Below are positions 13,671 to 26,124 of a stretch of 64,000 nt of DNA, one piece after another (position 1 is the first letter of the stretch; the number at the start of each line of letters is the position of its first letter). The position numbers and the translations under genes were made by a program. The stretch is from Eledone cirrhosa (lineage: Eukaryota). Location of the stretch: assembly GCA_964016885.1 (NCBI GenBank), contig OZ024743.1, forward strand, positions 372,682,001 through 372,746,000, given 5' to 3'. Below the pieces are notes generated by a model. The model was not told the DNA's origin, ran no database searches, and was given only the letters and a program-made list of their open reading frames with translations.

Positions 13671-13765
13671 CTTCTTCTTCTTCTTGCCTTCTTCTTCTTG
13701 CCTTCATCTTCATCTTCTCTCCCTTATCCTTTACTACAACTCCTCCTCCTCCTCCTCCTCCACCC
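13419..13765. repeat. Compound trinucleotide microsatellite (TTC/TCC/TAC)
   Basis: Direct inspection. Confidence 0.97.
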
Positions 13766-13874
13766 CTCATCCTCCCTCATTTATCCTCCATCCCTCATCC
13801 TCCTCTTTCCCTTCCTCATCATCATCTTTAATATGTCTGTTATATTCAGTTATATCCTTGTATGTTCTTTTATA

Positions 13875-13955
<81 letters not shown>

Positions 13956-15137
13956 GTTATTTTGTTGTTTTACATATTTAATATGAACACTTTTACAATT
14001 GTTGTTGTTGTAATAAGATTATATTTGAAACAATAATAATATTATAAAACTTTGAAACTGTTCAAAACTATGTATGCATAATCATGATGCACAGCAGTGC
14101 ACATTGCTGCATACCAATGCATAATAATGCAATAATATGACTACATTGTCATGCACATGTATTTTGATAACTATTTTGCATTTCCCTGCAATTTTTGCTT
14201 TTGCATTATTGTGATAATTATAATTATCATTTTTATTATTATTATTACAATTATTTTCGTTTTCATTGCTGTTTCACATTTTCAGCTAATTCACAATTTC
14301 ATATTGTTGCCAGAATCTTCGAAATTTTAGAGTCAGGTTATTGAATGAAACAAAGATTACAAGAATAGATGAAGATTGTTAGGAGTATATGGAATTAGAG
14401 AAATTGCTACTAAGAAAAGTATAAGATTTTGGTTGGGTGTTGATCGGGTTAGCCATTTTCTGGTCATATTTCTCACAAGAATATATCTTTGCGTTTTAAT
14501 TAGCAAAATATATGTGAAAGGAAGTGGAGAAAGGGGCAGTCCAAGAAAGAGATGATTGAGAATGTTGGGTGTTGGTGAAGGAGGAAGGGGATGCAAACAT
14601 GGTGGAGGTGGAGAATTTTGTCTTGGAGCCCACTAAATTAACCCTTGCAGGGAAAATGGCCTTAAAATACTTCCTATTGGTGTTACCATATTTTTATGAT
14701 TTTCAAACCATTTTAAACATAATCAAGAATATAACTAACTTTGTCATTATTAAGCTTGCATTTGGAACATAACTTAACAAAAGGTTTTACATATGATGGA
14801 AGGCTTTGAGATAAATACAAACACATTCAAATACAGTTTTATATTGTAGAACCAGGAGTGTTTTCACGTGCTGTGGTATCAAAAGGGTTTAAATAGTTTA
14901 GTTTTAGATTACAAAGAAGTGTTTAGTATAACATATACTAACAATCTCAGTTTTAGTTGCGTTTCAAAGAATTTTACTAATAAACTATTTCCAAAAATTG
15001 AATATGAAATCTGTTTTGTTGCAAAAACAAAAGCTGTTTCATATGTGACACACGCGTTTTGAGTACATTTCTCTCCCAACTCACCACTACATATATGCTT
15101 ATTTATATACAGCAGAGAAAAAAGATGTTAAATGATG

Positions 15138-15184
<47 letters not shown>

Positions 15185-15203
15185 AATGATGATACATATA
15201 CAT

Positions 15204-15532
15204 GGAGGCACATGGTTTAGTGGTTAGAGCATTGGCCTTGCAATCAAAAGGTTGTGAGTTCAATTCTCAGACCAGGTGATGTGTTGTTTCCTTGAGCAAG
15301 ACACTTTATTTCACATTGCTCCAGTTTACTCAGCTGTAGAAATGAGATGATAGGGACTGGGGTCCCTATCATTCCACTGCAAAGTGATCATAGAGGTGCC
15401 ATGGCAAAAAAGCACCCAGCACTCACTGTAAATGAGGTTGGTGTTAAGGGCATCCAGCTGTAGAAATCAAGCCAGAATCAGTTCCCGTCCCACCCTTGCA
15501 AGCAGGGAAAAGTGGACGTAAAATGATGATGA
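15204..15532 (+). mobile_element. tRNA-headed SINE with RTE-derived body and tail (family A)
   Basis: A box tggtttagtgg, B box gagttcaattct; 3' end cccacccttgcaagcagggaaaagtggacgtaaaa(tga)n is nearly identical to the RTE LINE 3' end. Confidence 0.88.
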
Positions 15533-15611
15533 TATATAGTTGTTGTAAGGTTGCAATAAATGCATCCGTAGGTGGTATGCCTTTTAAGCACTCGATGCTC
15601 CCGTGGAGCAC

Positions 15612-15710
15612 AGATAACGAGAAATCAGTGACGCATCAAAACGCAATTTATTAACATATGTAATATGTTAATAAATTGCGTTTTGATGCGTCACTGATTT
15701 CTCGTTATCT
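15612..15710. repeat. Perfect inverted repeat, ~48-bp arms
   Basis: agataacgagaaatcagtgacgcatcaaaacgcaatttattaacatat gta atatgttaataaattgcg...ctcgttatct. Confidence 0.92.
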
Positions 15711-15713
15711 ATA

Positions 15714-15745
<32 letters not shown>

Positions 15746-15947
15746 AAGCAAGTATATATATATATATATATGTGTGTATATGAAATTTATCAAAATCACC
15801 ATTGCATAAAAGGAACATGGATCAATATATATATCATCATTTCATGATCATTTCATTTTACGTCCACTTTTCCCTGCTTGCAAGGGTGGGATGGGAACTG
15901 ATTGTGGCTTGATTTCTACAGCTGGATGCACTCATTTACAGTGAGTG

Positions 15948-15981
<34 letters not shown>

Positions 15982-16065
15982 CAAAGGAAATGTGGTAAGG
16001 AACCAGATGGACCATAACGCACCAAAGTACTCAATACTTAGGGTAGTAGAGTGGGTAATAGGAAT

Positions 16066-16178
16066 GAGTAGGACCCCGACGGCTGAGCTCAAGCCGTTTC
16101 GACGGCTAATTCTGGACTAAATTTTAGTCCAGAATTAGCCGTCGAAACGGCTAGTTCTCAGCCGTCGGGGTCCTACTC
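16066..16178. repeat. Near-perfect palindrome in a (TA)n-flanked element
   Basis: gagtaggaccccgacggctgag..ctggactaaa t tttagtccag..ctcagccgtcggggtcctactc. Confidence 0.9.
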
Positions 16179-17057
16179 GTTGCTATATATATATATATTT
16201 TAGAAAAACAAGAAAGTTTTGTTTCCATTTATAAGATATTTATTGTGTATCAACCTGTTACTTGCGTTTCGTAGAGGATTGGCTTAAGGTCTCCCATAAG
16301 AGTTAAGGACCCAACTCACCTATCGATCTGCTCTTCAGGCTGGTGATGCAACAATACACTCTGCCTGTGTATAGAGTGCTTGCTTTAGTACCAACACCAG
16401 TTATTCACTGACTCACTTATACTATATATATATATAGATATATATATCAAGAGAGAGAGTGGGGGGGTGATATGTGCATGTGTGTTTAGTATGTGTTTAC
16501 ATTTTCTTAGCTATCAACAAAGAGATTGATAAAATAAATACCAGACTTATAAAAAAAAAGGGTGTGTCTTGGGATGATATGACCACAGTCTAATGACTGA
16601 AAGTAGTAAAAGAAATAAAATAAGATGTATATGTATATAGCAGTATATATGTAGTGGATCCATTACTGAATCTAGGGAGAGATTTGTCTCACATATGTTT
16701 GACACAACATAAACCAGAGCTAAACAGCACTGACAAGCTAGGCATGGAAATCACAAGTTCACTGCTGCCATTAAAGAATCATCACGTTTCTTCAACTTTT
16801 TTGTGCTTAAATTTTCGTTTTTATTTGCTTTTCTTTTATTTCACACACTTATTTTATGATTTTTTCTTGCATGATATTAAATATTTGCTTCCTGTTTTTT
16901 TTTGCATTCAATGAACAATTTAATTCTTTTGATGAATACATTTACAATTTCAGAGCTTTATTCTTATCACATCTTTTATTTATCTGTGCACATCCAGTCC
17001 TTATACAGGAAACAGAGCTTTTATGCAGCATTCTATAAATAATAATAATAATAATAA

Positions 17058-20000
17058 TGCTTTCTTTATTAACCACAAGGTTTGACATAAATTATAACAT
17101 TAAGGACAGCACAGAAAGGTACATGATGGTACAAATGGGCATTTCTGTATGCAAAAAAAAACAAAATTATATATATATAAAAAACAAAAACAAACGATGT
17201 AGCAAAAAATGAAACAAGGAAAAAATCCCCAATAAGGGGGAGACTTCTAAGGATCACTTGAGAAGAAAACCCACAAAAAGCCACAGTCACCCTAACTGCT
17301 AGGACAAAGGCCCTCTTCCAGTTTTCCTCCTACGATACTACAGGCATATACTCAGAGCAGGCCCATTCACACAGGCCATCTTGCCTCACCCACCTTTCAA
17401 CAAACTGGCTGGAAGACAGCACTTCCCTCTCCCCCATGATTTTCCTTTTCAGGTGAAACCTGAAAAAGGTAATGAGCGTGTCACTGAAGAGGAAAGTGCC
17501 CATCTTCAACCCTTTCAGATGCGTCCACCATACAACCTCTTTTACCATGGCCACTAGGCAGATAAAAACTGCGTGCCATCTTGGTTAAAGGAGGGCAACA
17601 AGGCAATCTTCACGATGGACTCAGCTGATAGCCGTATCTGTCCTACACGCGACAGTAGATGTTCAATATAACCCCACAGCAATGTCGGCAATGTGTCAGC
17701 AATGCTCGGACACTGGACGAGTGCATGCAGGATGGTTTCATCACCCTGCACGCATCTTGGACAGGCCCGGCTGACGGCCTGTAGAGTTTATCCTGAACTG
17801 GCAAAGCTCCCTGGTAGCTCTGCCAGACCAGAGATCTCTGGAAGTTGTCCATGGGCCCTGGCCCAAAAGTTCTCCCAAAGAGATTGGGCTAGTTGATTTT
17901 CGTCGATGCCCAGAGTCTCCTCAAGGATGTCGTTTCTCTTTCTCTCCACTAACCCTCTATAGAATGCCAAGGTGGAGTTTCCAGCGATCGCATTGCCTGA
18001 TTGGTCGAGAGCTGTGAGCGCCTGAAGACATTCCAATCTCCAAACGCTCCCTCTCAGTCTTCGTTTGATCAAGGACTGCAGCTCCGTGAAGGAGACGAGC
18101 TGAAGAAATGTGCATCTAGCAAACAACGACCACACCTGTTCACCGTCAAGGAAGAGGTGGAGATGCCATAGCCTGAGAGTATGTCTGCACATCATCAGCC
18201 ACGACATGCCCTAGCCCTCCATGTAGTGGGTGTTGACAGCAGATGGACCACCTGACTATTGGAGTGCATCCCTACCACAAAAAGCGGAATAGCAAATGCT
18301 CCAGCACAGTCAGGCAAGGCTTAGGACAAGGCATGATGGTCAGGCAGTAGTAGATGACAGATGCAAGGTACGCATTCGCCACCTCCGCTCGACCTTTCAG
18401 GGATAGCTTCCTCTCAGCCCATCTGGGTGAGAGAGGCCACCCTGTTCGTCACCTCGTCCCAGTTTTTGTTCATCTGGAGGTCCGGATAGACCAGACTCCT
18501 AGCAATTTAATCGGTCCGTCCCTCTAGTGCTTGACATTGAATGGCATAACCTGCCTCTCCAGATGCCGAGCCGCAGACCCATCGACTTTTCCTAGTTAAT
18601 CATTGCTCCTGTCACCGCCTTGTATTCTCTTAGTGTAGTGCTGATATGTTTGGCACTCAACACCACTACAGTGACATTGTCGGCATATGCTGACACAGTT
18701 CTCCCACAGCCCAGTTCGCGCAGGATGCCCCTCAACATCTCCAGTTTGTGTAGTAATGGCTCGAGAGTCAATACCTACAACAGGGACGATAGGGACATCC
18801 TTGGCGGACCAAGTGCAAGATGTTGAACGGTTCCGAAAGGTGACCATTCACTCTCACCACAGAGCAGATATCACTGTGCATGGCAGCAAACCAACCTCTG
18901 AAGAGGGGCATAAATCTAGATATGATCTGGATGACCTGATGCAGTTTGTCCATGTCCACATTGGCACATTTGGGAAATCCAGTTAAAAACGTCTGAGCAA
19001 GGTTATGAGGCGTTTACACCCTCCTCCCATATCCGCTAATCCCACACAGTCCTAGCGTGCATCTAAGATCCCATTCCAGTCGCCCACTAACACTAAAGAG
19101 TGGGACATTCCAAGAAAGGTCTCCAGTCGCCGGAAGAAGTCAGGCTGTCGTGCCCCTGTCGGGGCATAGCTGACCACTAGCCTCAAAGCTTGCCCTTGTT
19201 CACTGGTCACGTCCAGCACCACCAACTTACCTTCTGGATCCAAGAAGATGGCCTGTATCTCGAGATCCAGGCTTCTCCAGAACAACACAGCCACTCCTCC
19301 CCTAGATCCGGGACGGCTTGGAGATGTGTTGTGTACACCTCGTAACTGCCGAAAATGGGTGTGCGAATGCCCGTGCATCAGAGATTCTGGTCTCGCTGAT
19401 GGCCACCACATCTATGTTTAGCGACCTGAGATCGTTGAGCAGGTGACCCTGCTTCCAAGATGACCCCAGGCCACATGCATTTATACTGCCTATTCTGAGA
19501 GAAGGCATGTTGGCCAAGATAGGAGGGAAAGAAGTGAGAGGCGAAAAGTAAAAAACTTTACCTTTGGCTTTTTTTTAGGAAGGGAGTGGGTGATGCATCC
19601 CTCCGACCAGTGGTGGATTTCTCCATGAGAATGTGAGAATATATTCTTTTCGAGAGGGTCCCTTGATAGTCTCCAATTGCCGCAGGGAACTTTTTCTTTA
19701 ATGTTGTGTAATTCTTTTGAGAGATTTCAATTATTTTTCTGTGTGTAGGAGGTGCAATTTTGGTGGTTTGTATGTAATTTGTTTCTGTGATGTTGGTGTG
19801 GTGTTGAATGTAATTTAAAAGCTTTGTTGTCTGTGTCTATAGCTGTGTATTGTGTCTGCTTTTGGGATGTTGGTGCTTTCTGTGTTTACTGTGGTGTTGC
19901 TGGAGGTGACGATGAGGTAGATGATAATGATGGCGGTGATGATGGTGATGGTGTAGGTGGTTGTGGGGGAGGGGCTGTTGATGGTGATGGTGGTGGGGTC

Positions 20001-21140
20001 GTTGAATTTTTAATTTTGGTGGTTTTTTTCCTCTTCTTTTTTTTTTTGGAGGGCGAAGGTAGGGAGTTCCTTTTTTTTTTTTCGCTGCGATGGTTTTCCA
20101 CCCTACAGCTACATCACACTCCCAGTCCAATTTAGGGTTATTGGGTAGGGGCAGGCTCTCCATTGGTCTTGTTGGTGCTGTTGGTGATGGAGATGGAGTT
20201 TTTGTCATTGTTGTCGCTGGTGCGGTTTGGCCACACCAGTCGCCGGGCATGGCGTAGGTAGAAGGGGGGAAGGGGGAGCACATGCTCACCTTGGTGAGTT
20301 TGGGGCAGAAGACCTTAGGATGTGTTTTGTCTCCACACCTGTGACATCTTGACAGTCATGAGTAGATGGCTTTGACAGTCATGAGTAGATGGCTGCCGTT
20401 GTCCAAGTCGATCACATCAGGAGTGGCCTCTATGCTTTCATGGTTTGATTGGATGATTAGCTCCATCACTGAGCCTGACCAGTTTTTCTGTCTTATACTC
20501 ATGGCATCTAGGATTGTGGTTGACTCCTCGACGTCAGCGAGGACGGCCACCATCAGCCAAGTGATCTCCACTGAGGGTGGAACCTGGGTCACTTGGACAT
20601 TTGTGACTCTCTGGCCACAGTATGTGGGCACCATCACTATTTTGTCTCTGCTGAGTGGCATAATGGAGTGTGCTCTGGCTTCCTCAGGTGTAGCAAAGAG
20701 AACATCCACTGTGCCATACTTCGGTCCTCAGGCTATGTAAGTTTTCTGTGCCCAGACGGCACCCATAGCCCTTTGGACCTGCAACTCGGTTGGCCGTTCC
20801 ACCCGGTGCGATTTCAGTCCAAGTGTATGGTAGGAGACCGTACACAAACGTCAGTTTTTCTGATGTCGGGTGGGTGAGGCTTACCCTGTGTCTGGTTTTT
20901 TTTTACCAACATCTTGGCCTGCCTCATTTTCATGTCACTGATGCGGACTCGTTCAACATTTTTGGCAGTCTTCGCAAATGGTGTAGCTTGGGCAGCTCCT
21001 ATCTGTTGTGTGGTTTCGTCGTTACTGCTGTTTTTGTTGTTGTTGTGGTATTGCTGTTGTTGTGGTGTTGTTGTTGTTGTGGTGTTGTTGTTGGTGTTGT
21101 CGTTGTCGCTGTTGTTGGTGGTGTTGCTGAGCAAAGAAAC
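17058..21140 (-). mobile_element. Decayed L1/Tx1-clade LINE with ORF1 (zinc knuckle) and fragmented ORF2
   Basis: ORF1 knuckle CHRCGDKTHPKVFC (~20305-20346). ORF2 start LRIGSINACGL (19517), GGVAVL, LVGDWN, VRQGCP, SAYADNV and C-terminal CPRCVQGDETILHALVQCP. Many stops and frameshifts plus an internal deletion near 19050. Confidence 0.88.
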
Positions 21141-21722
21141 AATAATAATCGTAATAATAATAATAATATATGTCCCTGTGTATCGTAAGTGGTGACTAAA
21201 AGGGCTGGTGCCAGGGAAGAGCATTTAGTTGTAAAACCCATCCAACCCATATCAGCATGGAAGAGAGAACATAAAAATCGTAATGATGATGATGATGATA
21301 ACGATGATGATGATGATGGTGATGGTAATGATGATGATGGTGATGGTGATGATGATGAGGAGGAGGAGGAGGAGGAGGATATCCCTAATATCTTCATTAA
21401 GGAACATGCTGATTTCTTCAGTTCAATTTTTAGAAGCAAAGTAATAAGAAAATTATGTTAAGAAATGTCTAGGAATATACTTACATCTTTTATTTTTATT
21501 TATCTGTATAATCAATTTGAAATGTCCGTGTAGAGCTAGTAAGCCATGATAGATTAGTAGAGATATCAAATACCTCTTACAATTAAGAAACAAAAATAAG
21601 AGAGAGATAAATCAATAGAAAGAGAGGGAAAATAAGTGGCAAAAGAACCATAAAAAAGGTGAAAAACAAGAACAACACTAAAACAATAGTTTCAGTTGTT
21701 GAATTTTTAATTTCATTTTAAC

Positions 21723-22140
21723 AGTGGAAACTTCTGGGTCCTTGGCCCGAGTACCATCTCCCTACTCACTACCATTGGCACGGAGTTGGCTACCCATAGC
21801 AGTGGAAACTTCTGGTGTCCTTGGCCCTAGGACCACCTCCTTACTGACTACCATTGGCACGGAGCTGGCTACCCATAGCAGTGGAAACTTCTGGGTCCTT
21901 GGCCCGAGTACCATCTCCCTACTTACCACCATTGGCACGGAGTTGGCTACCCGCAGGTGTGAGCCTTGCGAGCTGGAATGGCTCTTCCAGCATGTCTCCT
22001 TTGCCATCCTCTGGGGAAACGCTTTTTTCTATTCTGTCCACTGAGGCCACGGGGCGGCCAGCGCATGGGCTCTCATTTGCTCATAATAGTGAGAGATGGG
22101 GAGAGCGAGAGAGAGATGGTGGCAGGGAGTGAAAGAGAGA
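21723..22140. mobile_element. Unclassified interspersed repeat with ~79-bp x3 internal tandem (copies at 49438-49750, 57290-57505)
   Basis: Shared gagctggaat..ccatcctctggggaaa..ctattctgtcc..catttgcttataatagtga. cagtggaaacttctgg unit occurs three times. Confidence 0.7.
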
Positions 22141-22299
22141 GAACATCAACGCACGCATTTTTCAGTTCGAACATCTAAAACTATACATTTTATTTTTATG
22201 CTGCTTTTGAATAAACTTTCAAACAATTTCTTTCACTACATCACTTACCATATTTTTAATAAAAGTCACTGCCTGCAATTTTTCAAAATATTTTGAAAA

Positions 22300-23365
22300 T
22301 ATATAAGAATTTGAAGGATTTAGATTTAGTAAAATAACTAAATTTTTCCTTATTAAGCTTGTGTTTGGAACATAACTTAAATAAAATAAAATTGTGAGGG
22401 AAGGTTTTTAGATAAATTTAAATACTTTAAGATAAGCAGTTTAATATCATATAACCAGGGGTAGTTTCAAGCAGTTTGATATCAAAAAGGGTTAATTTTG
22501 ACACTGGAAAGTTTTTAGACAAACTTAAACAATTTAAAATAAACAATTTAGTATCATAGAATCAGGGGCAGTGTCAGGTGGTATTAAAGCTGTGTCACAT
22601 TTGAATTTGGCCAAATACACACAAAACTGTAAAACTATCAAATAAATATTTTCTCAGGATAAAAATAAAATTTAACCCTTCCATTACCATATTTCTAATG
22701 AAAAACACTGCCTATGATTTTCTAATATCTTTTAAAAATGTCAAGAATTGGGAGAGATTTAGTAATATATCTAACTTTCTCATTATTTGTCTGGTGTCAT
22801 GACAAAAAGCACCCAGCACACATGTGGCTGGTGTTAGGAAGGGCATCCAGCCATAGAAACCAACCTAAAACAGTTCTGTATGAGCAAGACAGTCACCTGA
22901 ACTGACTTGCTTCAAATGAGACAACCCATCTAACCCATGCTCACATGGAAAATAGATGTTAGATGATGGTGATAATGATGATGATGATGATGATGATGTT
23001 CAGAACTTAACAAATGTTCTTAGTATAAAATTAAGATAGGGAATTTAAAAATAAATATGAACACTTTAAAACAAACAACTTTGGGTAGTTTCGGGTGGTT
23101 TGGTATCAAAAGGTTTAAGCTGGTATTTAGAGCATAACTTAACAAAACTTCTTACATAAAATGATAAAGGAAGGTTTTTAGTCCATTATGCACACTTTAA
23201 AACAAATAGATCTGGATTTATCTGATGTTTGGAACATAACTTAATAAATGTGTCTTAATGTAAAATTAAGGTGGAAAGTTTTTAAATATAAACACTTTAA
23301 AACAAACAGTTTTGTACCATAGAACCAGAGGTGGTTTGGGGTGGTTTGGTATCATAAAGATTAAA
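22300..23365. mobile_element. Cluster of piggyBac-like MITE fragments
   Basis: Repeated gtgtttggaacataacttaa..gaaggtttttagataaat..tttggtatcaaaagggttaa units. Confidence 0.7.
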
Positions 23366-23822
23366 TATTGCTTGAAAATCAGGCAAGACACACAATAAAT
23401 ATTTTAAGGAGAATATTTTAGAAGTTAAGATTCTAGAATATTTCTAACAGTTGCTATTATACTAACCTAATCTGCTAATCTTATCCATGCACATCTGCAA
23501 TGTTCCCACACTCAATGAAACTGCTTTTCAACACAAAGCTTACAAAATGCAGGCACAGTTTTGACAAAGCTTTTATTAACAATAATGATAATAATAATAA
23601 TAATAATATTATCATTTCGGTATAAATAATATTTGTTAAACATAATAGTTTCCTCTAAATATAATCTGCTTAAAATGCTAAAATATTTTTGAAAGGTATA
23701 ATAAATAATATTTTATTTTTAAAACATGGGAGAAGATAAAATCAGATTTCTGAATATTGACATTCTAATTTCTAACCAAAAATAGGTACAAATATCAATT
23801 GTCAGTATATTACTAAATATTT

Positions 23823-23981
23823 TGAAATTTGAAAATCTGAGAGTCCCAAATGTAGAAAATAACTGTAATAACAGTCAAGCACTATAGATAATAGTTGCGA
23901 AAATTGGGCAAATTACCCTTAGAGACTGTTACTACAGTTATCACATTTTCTGCCTTTCAGACTCCACATTTTCAAATTTCA
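23823..23981 (+). other. Diverged stem-loop about 220 nt upstream of pore exon 6A
   Basis: tgaaatttgaaaat..gagtc..agaaaat.aactgtaataacagtc pairs with gactgttactacagtt..attttctg..gactc..attttcaaatttca. Confidence 0.7.
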
Positions 23982-24199
23982 GATACCCCAAGTACTTCAA
24001 TAATTCAAAAGACTAAATATATTGTTAAGTCTAAGTAGATTAAAATCTATATCTAAAAATGTTATGATCTGTACTGAACAAGAGCCATGATCTGAACTCA
24101 AGTTTTACTGAATTCATTCCAAGAAAATCATACCTATATCTTTGTTGTATATTTATGTTTGTTGTACAATTACTATTGTCTGTTTCCTTTATTTTCCAG

Positions 24200-24395
24200 T
24201 CTTTTTGAGATCTTGCAGAGTTTATATTGGGCAATTTATGGCCTTGTTGATCTAGAACACGCTCATTTGGATGAACCACACAAACTGACAGAACTGATAG
24301 GCAAATTGATGTTTGGCAGTTACAGTATGATAGCCATTATTATTCTGCTTAACTTACTTATCGCTATGATGAGCAATTCCTACCAACTCATCTAT
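24200..24395 (+). CDS. TRPC: TRPC pore exon w6A (pore helix, filter, S6); alternative copy 1
   Basis: ttccag|T ... TAT|gtaaga, 196 nt, phase 2 to 0. Translates LFEILQSLYWAIYGLVDLEHAHLDEPHKLTELIGKLMFGSYSMIAIIILLNLLIAMMSNSYQLIY. Confidence 0.93.
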
Positions 24396-25870
24396 GTAAG
24401 ACTCATTCCTTTGTATACAAAATTCTTTATTCATTATATTTTCATCAATATATATATATTCACCCTTGTAATTTTAATGAATTTTGTAATTCGTTTTTGT
24501 GTGTGAAATTTTTCAGAAAAGAAAATTATGACCTTCTATCTATAACTGTAATAGATTTAACAATTTCTTTTGAACAGGCAACAAGTATATTCTTTTCTCT
24601 TTCAGCATAGATAACTCGGAAAATAATACATGAAAAAATAATTCTCTAACAACCTGGACCTTCACAGCTTCATCCGTTCATCACTTCCAGAACATTCCAA
24701 AATACCGGTATTCGTTAAAAATAGTCGTTCATTTATCAAGGAATTTTAATCTTGTGTTGAATTTTTCTTTGTTAAAATTTTATACAGATTTTCAGACCTG
24801 ACCATTTGGCAAATTCCTCAATAATCTGCTTCTTCTTTACAAACTTCTGCACTATTTCTTAATTTTTTAAATCTTTTTTTGATTTTAAATATATTTAGAA
24901 TATAAAACTAGTTAGTTAGTTAATTAATCATAATTCTATGAAATAATAATATTTTAAATTTAAAAATGCTGAATAGAAAAAATTATATTTTCAAAAAAGG
25001 GTAGAAGAGAAATTAGTATTGTAGTTGAATTCTGGGAAACATATCTCTAATGAAACAAAAAAATAATATTCATTAAACGAAGAGAGAATGAAGGCTTCTG
25101 ATTCACACTTGATAAGAAGTCTGAATATTAATGTAGACAGATTAAATGACTATCACATATAATAGAACTACAATGATATGGGGTTGTTTTGAAAGAAACC
25201 ATGCTTATATATCATATATAACTATGTCACAGGTTTTCTAAAAATATAATATTGTACCAAATGGTACCCTGATGTCAGATGGTAAGAGCAATACTTGGGT
25301 GTACTAACTTAATTTTTTTTTTTTTTGTGTGGGAAGGAGGAGTTTTATTTTGTTTTGTCTTTGATGAGTGCCAGAGTTCTAGACAGGATGAACTGAGCAT
25401 AGGGGTTAGGGCAAAGCCTAGGGTAGGGATGAATACAGTATAGGTGATGAGAAGAGGAAAGACAAATGAATCAAGAATGCCTAGCAAGCTCCAAAGAGCA
25501 GTGGCCATTGTAGTAATGGTAGACTGTGTGTCTATATAAGTCACCGGCTGGAGAGTGTCTAACCAATTGCTTTAATTTCTTTAATTATACACTAACTGAT
25601 GATATTTCATTCTAAATGAAGATCATAAAGTAACCATATAATCTTTCCCAGAAAATAAAGAATATAATTATTTCTGGAAGTTTTCCCAAATATTCTATTA
25701 TATTACTTTGGGAAGCTGACTAAAAAATAATCGTATTTCTATTGACCAAAACATTTTTCAATTTTCAGACTACTAAGAGCAAATATTTAGAACAGACATC
25801 ACAGATATAAATCAGTTTCAATAATCTTAGAAATACTGAAGATTCCTGTAACTTTTTCTTTTCTTTCCAG

Positions 25871-26066
25871 TCTTTTTGAAATCTTGCAGAGTTTATATTG
25901 GGCTTTGTATGGCCTTATAGAACTGGACAACGCTCACTTGGACGAACCACACAAATTCACAGAGCTGGTTGGCAAACTGATGTTTGGAAGTTACAGTATG
26001 ATAGCAATCGTTGTGTTGCTCAATTTGCTCATTGCTATGATGTCACTATCATATCAAATGATATCT
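25871..26066 (+). CDS. TRPC: TRPC pore exon w6B; alternative copy 2
   Basis: ttccag|T ... TCT|gtaaga, 196 nt. Translates LFEILQSLYWALYGLIELDNAHLDEPHKFTELVGKLMFGSYSMIAIVVLLNLLIAMMSLSYQMIS. Confidence 0.92.
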
Positions 26067-26124
26067 GTAAGAAAGTCTTTTACTTTCTCCTTATTGATCA
26101 TGATTTATTCTGCTTCTTTTGCAG

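Noticed and set aside
13405-13831. Poly-Glu/Ser/Thr/Pro ORFs
   Set aside because: Compound trinucleotide microsatellite.
15204-15280. tRNA genes at SINE heads (also 37551, 45691, 50475, 58930)
   Set aside because: A and B boxes are present, but each continues into a SINE body and I could not fold a full cloverleaf.
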